Assembly: GCA_964016885.1 (NCBI GenBank)
Contig: OZ024744.1
Span: 95,604,001-95,668,000, forward strand
DNA from: Eledone cirrhosa
Lineage: Eukaryota
Reading direction: 5' to 3'
Length of the DNA: 64,000 bases
The notes under the pieces are model-generated. The model was not told the origin of the DNA. It was given only the letters and a program-made list of their open reading frames with translations, and ran no database searches. This document shows, piece by piece, positions 53,274 through 64,000 of the stretch. The position numbers were made by a program, and so were the translations under genes. Within the stretch, counting starts at the first letter, position 1. Each line of letters starts with the position of its first letter.

Positions 53274-53770
53274 TGGTGGATTGACAGTATTGGTAGAGGG
53301 TCGGACGCCATGCTTTCCAGGATAGTTACGTCCCTTAACGATCTGAGTTCAAATCCCGCCGAGGTTGACTTTGCCTTTCATCCTTACGTGGTCGATAAAA
53401 TAAAGTACCAGTAATGCACTGGGTAATTGCTGGCCTTGTGCCAAAAGTAGAAACAATTATTATTATTATTTATTGTCATAATGTTTTTCTTGATGTAAAC
53501 TCTTTGTGGTTAATAAAGAAATCATTATTATCGTTATTATTTTTATTGTTATTCCTTTTCCTTCAGTATGTTTCTATTATTATTATTATTAAGTGGCTTG
53601 GCAGTACCGGACACCATGCTTTGCAGCATAGAGTTAAGCCCCTTTACGGTCTGAGTTCAAATTCTGCCGAGGTTAACTTTGCCTTTCATCCTTACAGGGT
53701 CGATAAAATAAAGTAGCAGTAATACACTGAGGTAATTGCTGGCCTTGTGCCAAAAATAGAAACAATTATT
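53274..53770 (+). mobile_element. Two SINE family A copies (53274-53460 and 53594-53770)
   Basis: B box, shared core and ATT tails. Confidence 0.82.
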
Positions 53771-54109
53771 ATTATTTTAATACATATATATATATATACT
53801 GTATTTGCTGGCACCAAAGCAGCACCCTAATATAACGATATGTGCTTTTACAATTCTCCAGAAGGGCCTTTTCAGTATGCATATGTAGATGTACATTTTT
53901 AACTTAATTGTTTAAGCGTCAGTCATACAAAAGTGAGTTACAAACGAAACGAAATTTAATTTCGTTTCGTTATTTGTTTTTATCGTCTCCGCTGAACCGG
54001 TGCGTACTCACACTCTATGCAAATTAGTCTGCCCACTACTAATTTTCATAGAAAAAGCATATAACGATATGTGCTTTTACAATTCTCCAGAAGGGCCGGT
54101 AGATAGGTA

Positions 54110-54154
54110 AATATTGCTGATGAGTTGTAACAACAACGAAACTAGTTCAATATT
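54110..54154 (+). ncRNA. Minimal type I hammerhead ribozyme motif
   Basis: aatattg-CTGATGA-gttg(taacaa)caac-GAAA-ctag-TT-caatatt; perfect 7-bp stem I. Confidence 0.9.
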
Positions 54155-54967
54155 CCTTGTCTGGCTTTCTGAAGAATAGAGGGAAGGTGTTCCCCCGAAA
54201 ACCAGTATGACTCTAAAAACCGGTTTGTCTGTGTGTTTACATACAGAATAGCTGAGTTGCTCACAGTAAAGCGACCAGTGAAAGACTTGTTACACCTACA
54301 TATGTATACGTGTGTGTATTCATATACACACTAGTATTTCAGTATGCATATGTAGATGTACATTTTTAACTTAATTGTTTATATATATACAATATATTAA
54401 CAAATGGAAACTATATTTATAAAACCATATTTATTTCATTATACATATTTCAAGGACACCAAAGCAAATTATGGTGCGCTTTCATCATATAAAATATAAT
54501 ATAGATCATTTTTATAAACAAATATTGATATACCCTTAAAGAATGCAACCATGTCGGTGAAGCTCCCGGATAGTGGGGTTACTAATTTTATTATTGGTCT
54601 ATTATGCAAATTAGTGTCGGAAAGGTTTAAATCCCATACATTTAAAATTAAGCCGTTGGAATAGGGAAAAAAGAAAAGAAAAAGGAAAAAAAAGAAAAAG
54701 GAAAAAGAAAGAACGAAAGAAAAACAGAAGAAAAGAAAGAGAAAGAGAGAAAACCGTAAGTGAGAGAGTGTTGTATTAATGTAATTTTATGAGATGATGA
54801 AGCGAAAAGATAAATATATATTGGATGAATTACGTGAAGTAAATAAAGTGTGGATAAATAAATAAATTGTAATAACCGGAGAATTTTATCTAATGTTTAA
54901 ATTTGATTAAATTATTGAGATCTATAAATTAAAAATTAAAAATTGAGATCTATATATTATTAAAAGA

Positions 54968-55051
<84 letters not shown>

Positions 55052-55311
55052 TTAAGGATACTATCTATGGTTATGTATATACTAAAACTTTTTATAGTTA
55101 TATATATTTTAAACCCTAAACAGTGAAAGACAGTAATTTATTACTACCTTATTACATCAATATATACATATGTATCTGTATGTCTCTTGCGTTGGAAAGG
55201 AGGTCGTGAATGTATACAAACATTAAATAATGCTCCGATGAATACAAGTCTCGGTTTGGATGAAACAATTGTAAGGTAATAAATGGTTTGAGCATAACTT
55301 TGATTCCTGTG

Positions 55312-55372
<61 letters not shown>

Positions 55373-55375
<3 letters not shown>

Positions 55376-55487
55376 GAACAAGTAAGACCCCGACGGCTGA
55401 GCTCAAGCCGTTTCGACGGCTAATTCCAGTCCAGAATTAGCCGTCGAAACGGCTTGAGCTCAGCCGTCGAGGTCTTACTTGTTCCTA
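55373..55487. repeat. Near-perfect 115-bp palindrome
   Basis: ~54-bp arms with one mismatch around a short loop. Confidence 0.95.
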
Positions 55488-55564
55488 TTACCCACTCTAC
55501 TACCCTATGTATTGAGTACTTTGGTGCGTTATGGTCCACCTGGTTCCTTACCACATTTCCTTCG

Positions 55565-55601
<37 letters not shown>

Positions 55602-55604
<3 letters not shown>

Positions 55605-56150
55605 TATCAAAATATATGTTATTATTACATAACCTTACATAAATTTATTATTAATCATCAACCAACAATTAACTATTAAATTTTTCGATTAACAATAAAA
55701 CTTATAAGAAATAGCAAAATATATGTTTAAAATATAGGAATGTTCAGAGATTTTACCGAAGAAAAATCTCTTCTTAGTAATAGCAATACAGCGTGATGGA
55801 ATATTTATTGATTTATTTGTAATTTAGATACCTCTAAGGATTATATGCTATAAAAGTTAAGATGATAAAAAAATTTAAGATTATAAGAGAACCTTATATT
55901 ATTTTATAGTAAGTTATAATTTTATAAATTTTATATATTTTATAGATCCACCTGTTATACAGTGGTGACTGTTAAAATATAAGTTTGTTTACTATAACGT
56001 CTGAATGTTTAAAGTTTTTCATAAGAATATATCTAAAGCATAAACCGTAAGATACCTTTTTTATAAGTTCATTCATAGAATGTATTCAAATTATACATTT
56101 CAATATATATATATACACAGACATACATACATGCATACGTACGCACATAT

Positions 56151-56185
<35 letters not shown>

Positions 56186-57810
56186 CATACATATACACAC
56201 ATACATATAGACATATACATATATATATATAAATAGAAAATACATAATATAAAATAAAATATGAGTTATAATTTTAAAAGGAATTACAATTTTTAAAAAA
56301 GATATAATTATATAATTTTAAAAGGAATTATATTTTTAAAGAATTACAATTTTTAAAAAAGATATAATTATATAATTTTAAAAGGAATTATATTTTTAAG
56401 CAATGTAATTTTTAAGCAATATAATTTTTAAAATATATATAAGAATATATAGAAAAAAACACAGTATAAAATATGAATTATAATTTTTTATATATCCATC
56501 AGAGGAATTAATAATAAACCTTTTTTTAGAAACTTTCAGTATGTTTATCTTAATTTTTTATACCCATTTTAAAAAAAAACTTTCAGTATGTTTATCTGGA
56601 AGAATTTAAAGGAAAACATTTTTATTTTTTATTTTTAGGAAACATTTTTTTCTTCATTTAAGAGAGTTTTTGGCAGTCGTATGAAGGAATGTAATGATTT
56701 ATCGATAGGTTTAATAAGATGAGTTATATATTACATTTTAAATTTATATTTAAACGTTGAATTTAATCTATGTTTGCAGCAACTAAAAAGATTGTTCCTT
56801 AAATTCACAGAAATTTTGCTCTTTAATATAAAGAATATTTCCTCTATACAAAGAGCACAATTTTCCGAAGAGGCGTTAAATGGAGGAGCTTTGGAAATAA
56901 TATTCCAAAGTAAAGAATAGTTAATGTTCTTTAATTTTAGGTCCCATAGTAAGCTAGATAGAGAAGTTGAAGATTTTTATTTTTATTCGTAAAAGAGAAT
57001 TTATGGTTATTAAAGCGGGATTTAAAGTCTGTGGAAGTAGAACCTACATAATTAAATGAATTTAAATTAGTTTTTACATTACAATTATATACTATATTTT
57101 TAGCTAAACAATTGTTATTTAACGGACAGTTAGATTTGTTTCTACAGTTACATTTATCAAAATTCAAGTTACTAGGAGCCGTGTTATTAAATTGGATATT
57201 GCTGGTGTTGTTAATGGTATTCTGGTTAGGTTTTAAGTTTCTATTATTAATTCTATTAATATTCTGCGCTAAATTACTGGTGGTTGAATAAGTTAATTTT
57301 ATAGTATGTCTATTAAATATTGGGTAATATCTATGTGTTCTAGGGAAGCATTTGTCAAGAGCTTTAAAGAATAGTTTAGCTATAGGAGTTTTAATATTTA
57401 ATGAGAAAGGAGGAGCGAACCATAATATATTCCTAGTTCTATTTCTTTTTTTGTTTTTCGAATTATTGTAAGGTTTTCTATTATAGTTGTTAAAATTGTG
57501 AAAATGATGGTTAGTTGTTATATTATTATTATCATCAATGTATTTAATTTTATTACTATATCCAGCTCTACCTAACGCTTCGTCGTAATATTGCGCTTTA
57601 TCATCAAAAATATTCTTATTAGCTGAAATTCTAGAAATGCGTTGCTGTACAGAATTTACTATAGTATTTTTAACGGTGATTGAAGTTAAAATTAATGTAG
57701 TTTAAGTTCTCGTTTAATTTGTGAAATGGATAATGAAGACATGTGTTAAGGTTTAAGGTTACATCTAGAAAGTTAACTATTTCATAATTATTCTCTATTT
57801 CTACTTTAAA
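55602..57810 (-). mobile_element. Inverted partial copy of a Penelope-like element (RT thumb, GIY-YIG, 3' region)
   Basis: Reverse complement of 58225-59760 and 60905-61520; reads VNFLDVTLNL and CNCRNKSNCPLNNNC. Confidence 0.92.
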
Positions 57811-59815
57811 TCGGACCTTGGCATAGTTAGCAAGAATATTTTAGATAGAATAATACCACAAATTAAGGAATTATCTTATTTAAAATTATGGAAAGGAACT
57901 AACGAAGTTATCGAATGGTTTAAAGACATTAAATATAATTATAATAATAAGTTTATTCAATTGGATATTGCTAATTATTATTCATCCATCACTCCTAATC
58001 TACTTAATAAAGCACTGACATATGCTTTTAAACATACAGGCTTAACTAGTAATGAAATGCACATTATCCTAACGGCACGGAAAACATTAATTAAATTTAA
58101 CAACCAACTCTAGACTAGAGCAAATAGAGATAATAATTTCGATGTCACTATGGGGTCATCGGATTCCGCCCAGGTAACGGATCTTGTGGGGCTTTTTATA
58201 AATAATACTCTACACAGAAAAATACCTTAAACCTTAACACATGTTTTCATTATCCATTTCACAAATTAAACGAGAACTTAAACTACGTTAATTCTAACAC
58301 CAATCACTCGAGATCCGTTAAAAATACTATAGTAAATTCTGTACAGCAACGCATTTCTAGAATTTCAGCTAATAAGAATATTTTTGATGATAAAGCACAA
58401 TATTACAACGAAGCATTAGGTAGAGCTGGATATAGTAATAAAATTAAATATATTGATAATAATAATATAACAAATAACCATAATTTTAACAACTATAATA
58501 GAAAACCTTACAATAATTCGAAAAACAAAAAAAGAAATAGAACTAGGAATATATTATGGTTCGCTCCTCCTTTCTCATTAAATATTAAAACTCCTATAGC
58601 TAAACTATTCTTTAAAGCTCTTGACAAATGCTTCCCTAGAACACATAGACATTACCCAATATTTAATAGACATACTATAAAATTAACTTATTCAACCACC
58701 AGTAATTTAGCGCAGAATATTAATAGAATTAATAATAGAAACTTAAAACCTAACCAGAATACCATTAACAACACCAGCAATATCCAATTTAATAACACGG
58801 CTCCTAGTAACTTGAATTTTGATAAATGTAACTGTAGAAACAAATCTAACTGTCCGTTAAATAACAATTGTTTAGCTAAAAATATAGTATATAATTGTAA
58901 TGTAAAAACTAATTTAAATTCATTTAATTATGTAGGTTCTACTTCCACAGACTTTAAATCCCGCTTTAATAACCATAAATTCTCTTTTACGAATAAAAAT
59001 AAAAAATCTTCAACTTCTCTATCTAGCTTACTATGGGACCTAAAATTAAAGAACATTAACTATTCTTTACTTTGGAATATTATTTCCAAAGCTCCTCCAT
59101 TTAACGCCTCTTCGGAAAATTGTGCTCTTTGTATAGAGGAAATATTCTTTATATTAAAGAGCAAAATTTCTGTGAATTTAAGGAACAATCTTTTTAGTTG
59201 CTGCAAACATAGATTAAATTCAACGTTTAAATATAAATTTAAAATGTAATATATAACTCATCTTATTAAACCTATCGATAAATCATTAGATTCCTTCATA
59301 CGACTGCCAAAAACTCTCTTAAATGAAGAAAAAAAAATATTCATAAAAATAAAAAAATAAAATTTTTTCCTTAAAATTTTTCCTTCAAAATTCTTCCAGA
59401 TAAACATACTGAAAGTTTTTTTTTTAAATGGGTATAAAAAATTAAGATAAACATACTGAAAGTTTCTAAAAAAAGGTTTATTATTAATTCCTCTGATGGA
59501 TATATAAAAAATTATAATTCATATTTTATACTGTGTTTTTTTCTATATATTCTTATATATATTTTAAAAATGACATTGCTTAAAAATATAATTCCTTTTA
59601 AAATTATATAATTATATCTTTTTTTTAAATTGTAATTCTTTAAAAATATAATTCCTTTTAAAATTATATAATTATATCTTTTTTAAAAATTGTAATTCCT
59701 TTTAAAATTATAACTCATATTTTATTTTATATTATGTATTTTCTTCTTTATATATATATATATAATAATGAAATGATAGGAGGCTGGATTTGTGTAAATC
59801 CTTGAAAGGTTTATT

Positions 59816-59873
59816 ATACTATGATCATTTCAATGACCGGGTTCCGTATGAATCCGGTGATATCATCAGGTAT
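59816..59873 (-). ncRNA. Type I hammerhead ribozyme motif (left inverted arm)
   Basis: Reverse complement of 60652-60709. Confidence 0.82.
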
Positions 59874-60651
59874 TCGAAATATAATACGTGAATGTAATAG
59901 GTAAAATCCATGGGGCTGAAAATCGAGACCCGAGGGCGACCGCTATTCTGTTCCTTCAACTTCAGCCGGTCGCCCTGGAGTGACGTGGCTAAATTTTATA
60001 GTATGCTACTACTATTGTTAAACTGTTGAACTTTAAATTTTCTAACCTCTTTAATATTGAATATTGATTATTAAATGTTTTTAACCTCATCCTAGAAGTC
60101 TAAACACTGTAAAACACTGACTCCCAATATATCCATCTCCGCTAAGATGCGGGTCCCTGTGAAAATTTTCTCGCGCCACTCCTGGCTTGACTGTGGTCTG
60201 ACATTAATATCGACCTTTCTTCCTCTTCCTTTCTATCTTCCTTCTTGTAGCCATCAACCCTTACTTTTCTACTTCTCTCTTCCCTTCCTTCTCTCCTCTC
60301 CTCCTCCCTGCAGACTTATCTTCCTTCCCCCTCTTGCTTGCCTATATCTGACCAGTAGTAGTTACCTTCCTCTTTTAGCTGACATTAACCCTGACTTCTC
60401 TTCTTCTTTCTTCCCCCTTCTTCTCCTTCCTTTCTTTCTTTCTTTTACCTTGTGTCATGGGATCGACGTTAACCTATGCTCCCATCTCTTTCTGTTTTCG
60501 TTCATCTGACCGGTAGTAGCATACTATAAAATTTAGCCACGTCACTCCAGGGCGACCGGCTGAAGTTGAAGGAACAGAATAGCGGTCACCCTCGGGTCTC
60601 GATTTTCAGCCCCATGGATTTTACCTATTACATTCACGTATTATATTTCGA

Positions 60652-60709
60652 ATACCTGATGATATCACCGGATTCATACGGAACCCGGTCATTGAAATGA
60701 TCATAGTAT
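60652..60709 (+). ncRNA. Type I hammerhead ribozyme motif (right inverted arm)
   Basis: atac-CTGATGA-stem II (accgg..ccggt)-GAAA-tgatca-TA-gtat, then AATAAA. Confidence 0.82.
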
Positions 60710-61519
60710 AATAAACCTTTCAAGGATTTACACAAATCCAGCCTCCTGTCATTTCATTATAATATTTAACTCCGTAATAGCACCACCAACTACAAAAACA
60801 AAGACGGTTGAACTGCTTTACGTTGAGTACTCTCTATATTATTGCATTACGATTGACCATACGGAATAGACCAGCTCTATACAGTGGTGAACCTCAAACC
60901 TGAATATATATATATATATGTATATGTGTATATGTATGTGTGTATATGTATGTATATATATATATGTATGTGTGTATATGTGCGTACGTATGCATGTATG
61001 TATGTCTGTGTATATATATATATTGAAATGTATAATTTGAATACATTCTATGAATGAACTTATAAAAAAGGTATCTTACGGTTTATGCTTTAGATATATT
61101 CTTATGAAAAACTTTAAACATTCAGACATTATAGTAAACAAACTTATATTTTAACAGACACAACTGTATAACAGGTGGATTTATAAAATATATAAAATTT
61201 ATAAAATTATAACTTACTATAAAATAATATAAGGTTCTCTTATAATCTTAAATTTTTTTATCATCTTAACTTTTATAGCATATAATCCTTAGAGGTATCT
61301 AAATTACAAATAAATCAATAAATATTCCATCACGCTGTATTGCTATTACTAAGAGATTTTTCTTCGGTAAAATCTCTGAACATTCCTATATTTTAAACAT
61401 ATATTTTGCTATTTCTTATAAGTTTTATTGTTAATCGAAAAATTTAATAGTTAATTGTTGATTGATGATTAATAATAAATTTATGTAAGGTTATGTAATA
61501 ATAACATATATTTTGATAG

Positions 61520-61554
<35 letters not shown>

Positions 61555-61599
61555 TGAGAGAGAGAGAGAGAGAGAAAATTGAGGTTGGTAATGGCACAT

Positions 61600-63380
61600 G
61601 GAATATATAAGAGACAGAATACTTTTTTGTGAAAAAACATATAATTTTATAAGGTAAGGAAATAATAAAGGGTATAAAAAATGACCGGTTTCGATGGGTC
61701 TGCAAAAGCCATCTTTTCAAATGTTGATTAATATTAAGAAAAATTAATAATAAGAAGAGTTAAAATTTGAGATTTGAAAATTCAAGTATAGAATTCATTG
61801 TGGGATTTCATAGTAGTTTTCATCTTGGTAGCAACTCTTTGACTGCTTCTGGTAGTGAATGAGAAGTTATTTGGGGTGTGGGTTATTTTATAAAGGTCAA
61901 ATTTAGCAATGGCCAGAAGGCCAGCTGCTGGTCAGTGAGGGGGTGGAAGCAATATACATACATATATCTTCCTGTGCTCGGTAGGAGAGGGGAGATTGAT
62001 AGAAAGGGATTTAGTGCACTTACACCTATATATACACACATACCTTCATCCACACATATATATATATATAATATATATATATACATATACACACATACAT
62101 ACACACACACATACATATACATATACATACACACACACACATATATACATATACACACACACACACATATATATACATACACATACATCCAGATACACAC
62201 ATACATACACACACACACATATATATATATATGTGTACATACATATATATACACACATATACATACACATATATATACACACACACACCCACACATACAT
62301 ACACACATATATATATACATACACACACATATATACATATACACACACATATATATATATATATACTCACACACACACACACATATATATATATATACAC
62401 ATACGCATACATCCAGATACACACATACATACACACACACACGCGCACACACAATACATACATCCACATGCACACACACACACATATACACATACATACA
62501 CCCACACACAGAGAAATGGCCTCCAAATATATATATATACATACATACACATATATTGTTTCCATAATATAAGAAGTTAGGGCAGTGAAATTAAAATACA
62601 AGTCATTCTGATCACATTGAGTTCTTCATGTAGATTGGGCCCCGCAACCGACAGTGGTGAATTCTGTGTGCGCATATATATATAGATATATGTGTGTGCA
62701 CGTGCAGGGTTTAACATGGATGTGTTGGTCACACAAAGGCATGGTCTGTCAATGAATAAACCTGATTCTACAGAATTGGTCTCTGGTCTTTAATAGTAGT
62801 GATAATTATATACATGCACACATACAAACACATATATCTGTCACTCCGTGCGTATGTGTGTTTATATTTTATGACAATTCTATTGGGGTGATAACCCATT
62901 TAGTTTTGGTTTAAATTTGTTAAGGAATAGATTTTCTTTGTTTATTCTTTGTTGCTGTGTGAACGAATCTGAGCACTTGTAGAAGGGGAAGATTTTAAAG
63001 TTGGGTAGTGTCATTCCTGCGCAGTTCGCAATATGGCTGCTCAAGGGGATTTTTCTTGTGCTAGCGTCCCGGATTTGTTGGCGGTGGATGGTCATTCTTT
63101 TGCGTAATGAGGTGCCCGTCTGTCCTATGTAGTTGTGTTTGCACCCACCGCAAGTTATTGCGTAAATCAAGTTCTCCGAGTTGCAGGTGAAATTGTTTTT
63201 TACTGTAAATGTTTGGCCATCTTTAAATGTAAATTTTTGTCCTTCAGTGAGGTAGAGGCACGTTCCACAGTTTGTTCTACCACATTTGGTAACTGTAGGG
63301 TTGAGGATTGGTTTGGGTATATTTGGTCCAGTGAGAATGCGTTTTAGTGATTTGGGTTGTCTTTTACTTTTAAGGATCTT
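61600..63380 (-). mobile_element. 3' part of a second Penelope-like element (Neptune-like) with microsatellite-rich 3' region
   Basis: KCGRTNCGTC zinc linker upstream of GIY-YIG ORF 62880-63170 (IYAITCGGC..YIGQT..LRKRM..H); degenerate HHR at 61679-61724. Confidence 0.82.
62026..62555. repeat. Mixed (CA)/(TA) low-complexity tract
   Basis: Directly visible. Confidence 0.95.
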
Positions 63381-63479
63381 ATATACAAGTTAATATAAAT
63401 TAATATATAATAAACACTAATGTAAACATATAAGTGTTTGTATTGTAAATGACCAAGTTAGCTAGATTGAAAAATACTA

Positions 63480-63690
63480 ATTAAATTAATACAGTTTGCC
63501 TGTCTCGATTTAAAATAATAAATCAATAAAAACAAACCCATATTGGCAATAACCGTGATACCTGGACAAATTTAAATTTCAAAATCCAAACCTGTTCCGC
63601 AGACAAATTTAAATTTCAAAATCCAAACCTGCTCTGCAGACAAATTTAAATTTCAAAACCCAAATAAGTTTCGCAACGATAATAAAAAAA
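63480..63690. repeat. Unclassified interspersed repeat with ~37-bp internal triplication; inverted homologue at ~52785-52945
   Basis: GACAAATTTAAATTTCAAAA occurs three times; reverse-complement similarity to the 52.8 kb region. Confidence 0.65.
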
Positions 63691-64000
63691 AGTGAAAAAT
63701 TCCAATTTCTGTGGTCATCGGCAGGTATCCAGAAAATTAGCATGTTTCACCTCGAAATAATTAAGAGGACTGGTAGTCAAGTGTTAACGCACATGGTTTT
63801 CCAGCTCCTAGCTATCCCCATACTCATGCTGCTAGAAATAACAGCCGTTTATATGGGACTAAAATTTAGCTCAACAAAAGGAACCATTAATACTATATTT
63901 AGAGTTATAAACTCAAACAGTCTTTTACAATTAATTAGCTCAAAGAAAGAAGCATTTCTGAGCCGTGAAATACAAGTTAATATAAATAATATACAACAAA

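Larger units (their letters stand above)
57811..61520 (+). mobile_element. Penelope-like element (Nematis-like), 5'-truncated, internally deleted, with an insertion at ~59765-60900
   Basis: RT motifs FIQLDIANYYSSI and FDVTMGSSDSAQVTDLVG; the catalytic DD region is missing; GIY-YIG domain in ORF 58812-59249 (CNCR..CPL..C, IVY...YVGST...FKSRFNNH, CALCIEE). Confidence 0.92.

Noticed and set aside
54160-54210. CTGAAGA...GAAA second hammerhead candidate
   Set aside because: I could not build a consistent stem I, stem III and UH site
61340-61450. cUUCGg hairpin and GAAA-aatt-TA in the Penelope 3' region as a hammerhead
   Set aside because: No intact CUGANGA and the stem I register does not fit
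61878-62601. Several long overlapping ORFs
   Set aside because: Artefacts of a CA/TA microsatellite

Overview
Eukaryotic (metazoan) AT-rich, repeat-saturated DNA with no recognisable host gene. The repeat repertoire suggests a mollusc, probably a cephalopod, but this is inference only. The first ~46 kb is mostly nested and decayed mobile elements: RTE-clade LINEs (many with a PHD-like Cys/His finger after the RT), L1/Tx1, CR1 and CRE fragments, two tRNA-derived SINE families, solo LTRs, Merlin and Tc1/mariner relics, non-autonomous Helitrons, and minisatellites built from LINE coding pieces. From 46 to 64 kb, beside piggyBac/hAT MITEs and among (TA)n tracts, is a dense cluster of Penelope-like elements (PLEs) and short non-coding derivatives carrying type-I hammerhead ribozyme (HHR) motifs. 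I read 7 motifs with intact catalytic cores (one lies at 3.4 kb) and several degenerate or half motifs. They include a variant with a ~60-nt expanded stem II, a family with a built-in antisense copy of its own cleavage site, a ~1 kb element with two outward-facing ribozymes in inverted arms, and a multi-kb inverted Penelope duplication. All RNA structures were folded by eye, coordinates of decayed elements are approximate, and most ORFs in the supplied track are spurious.
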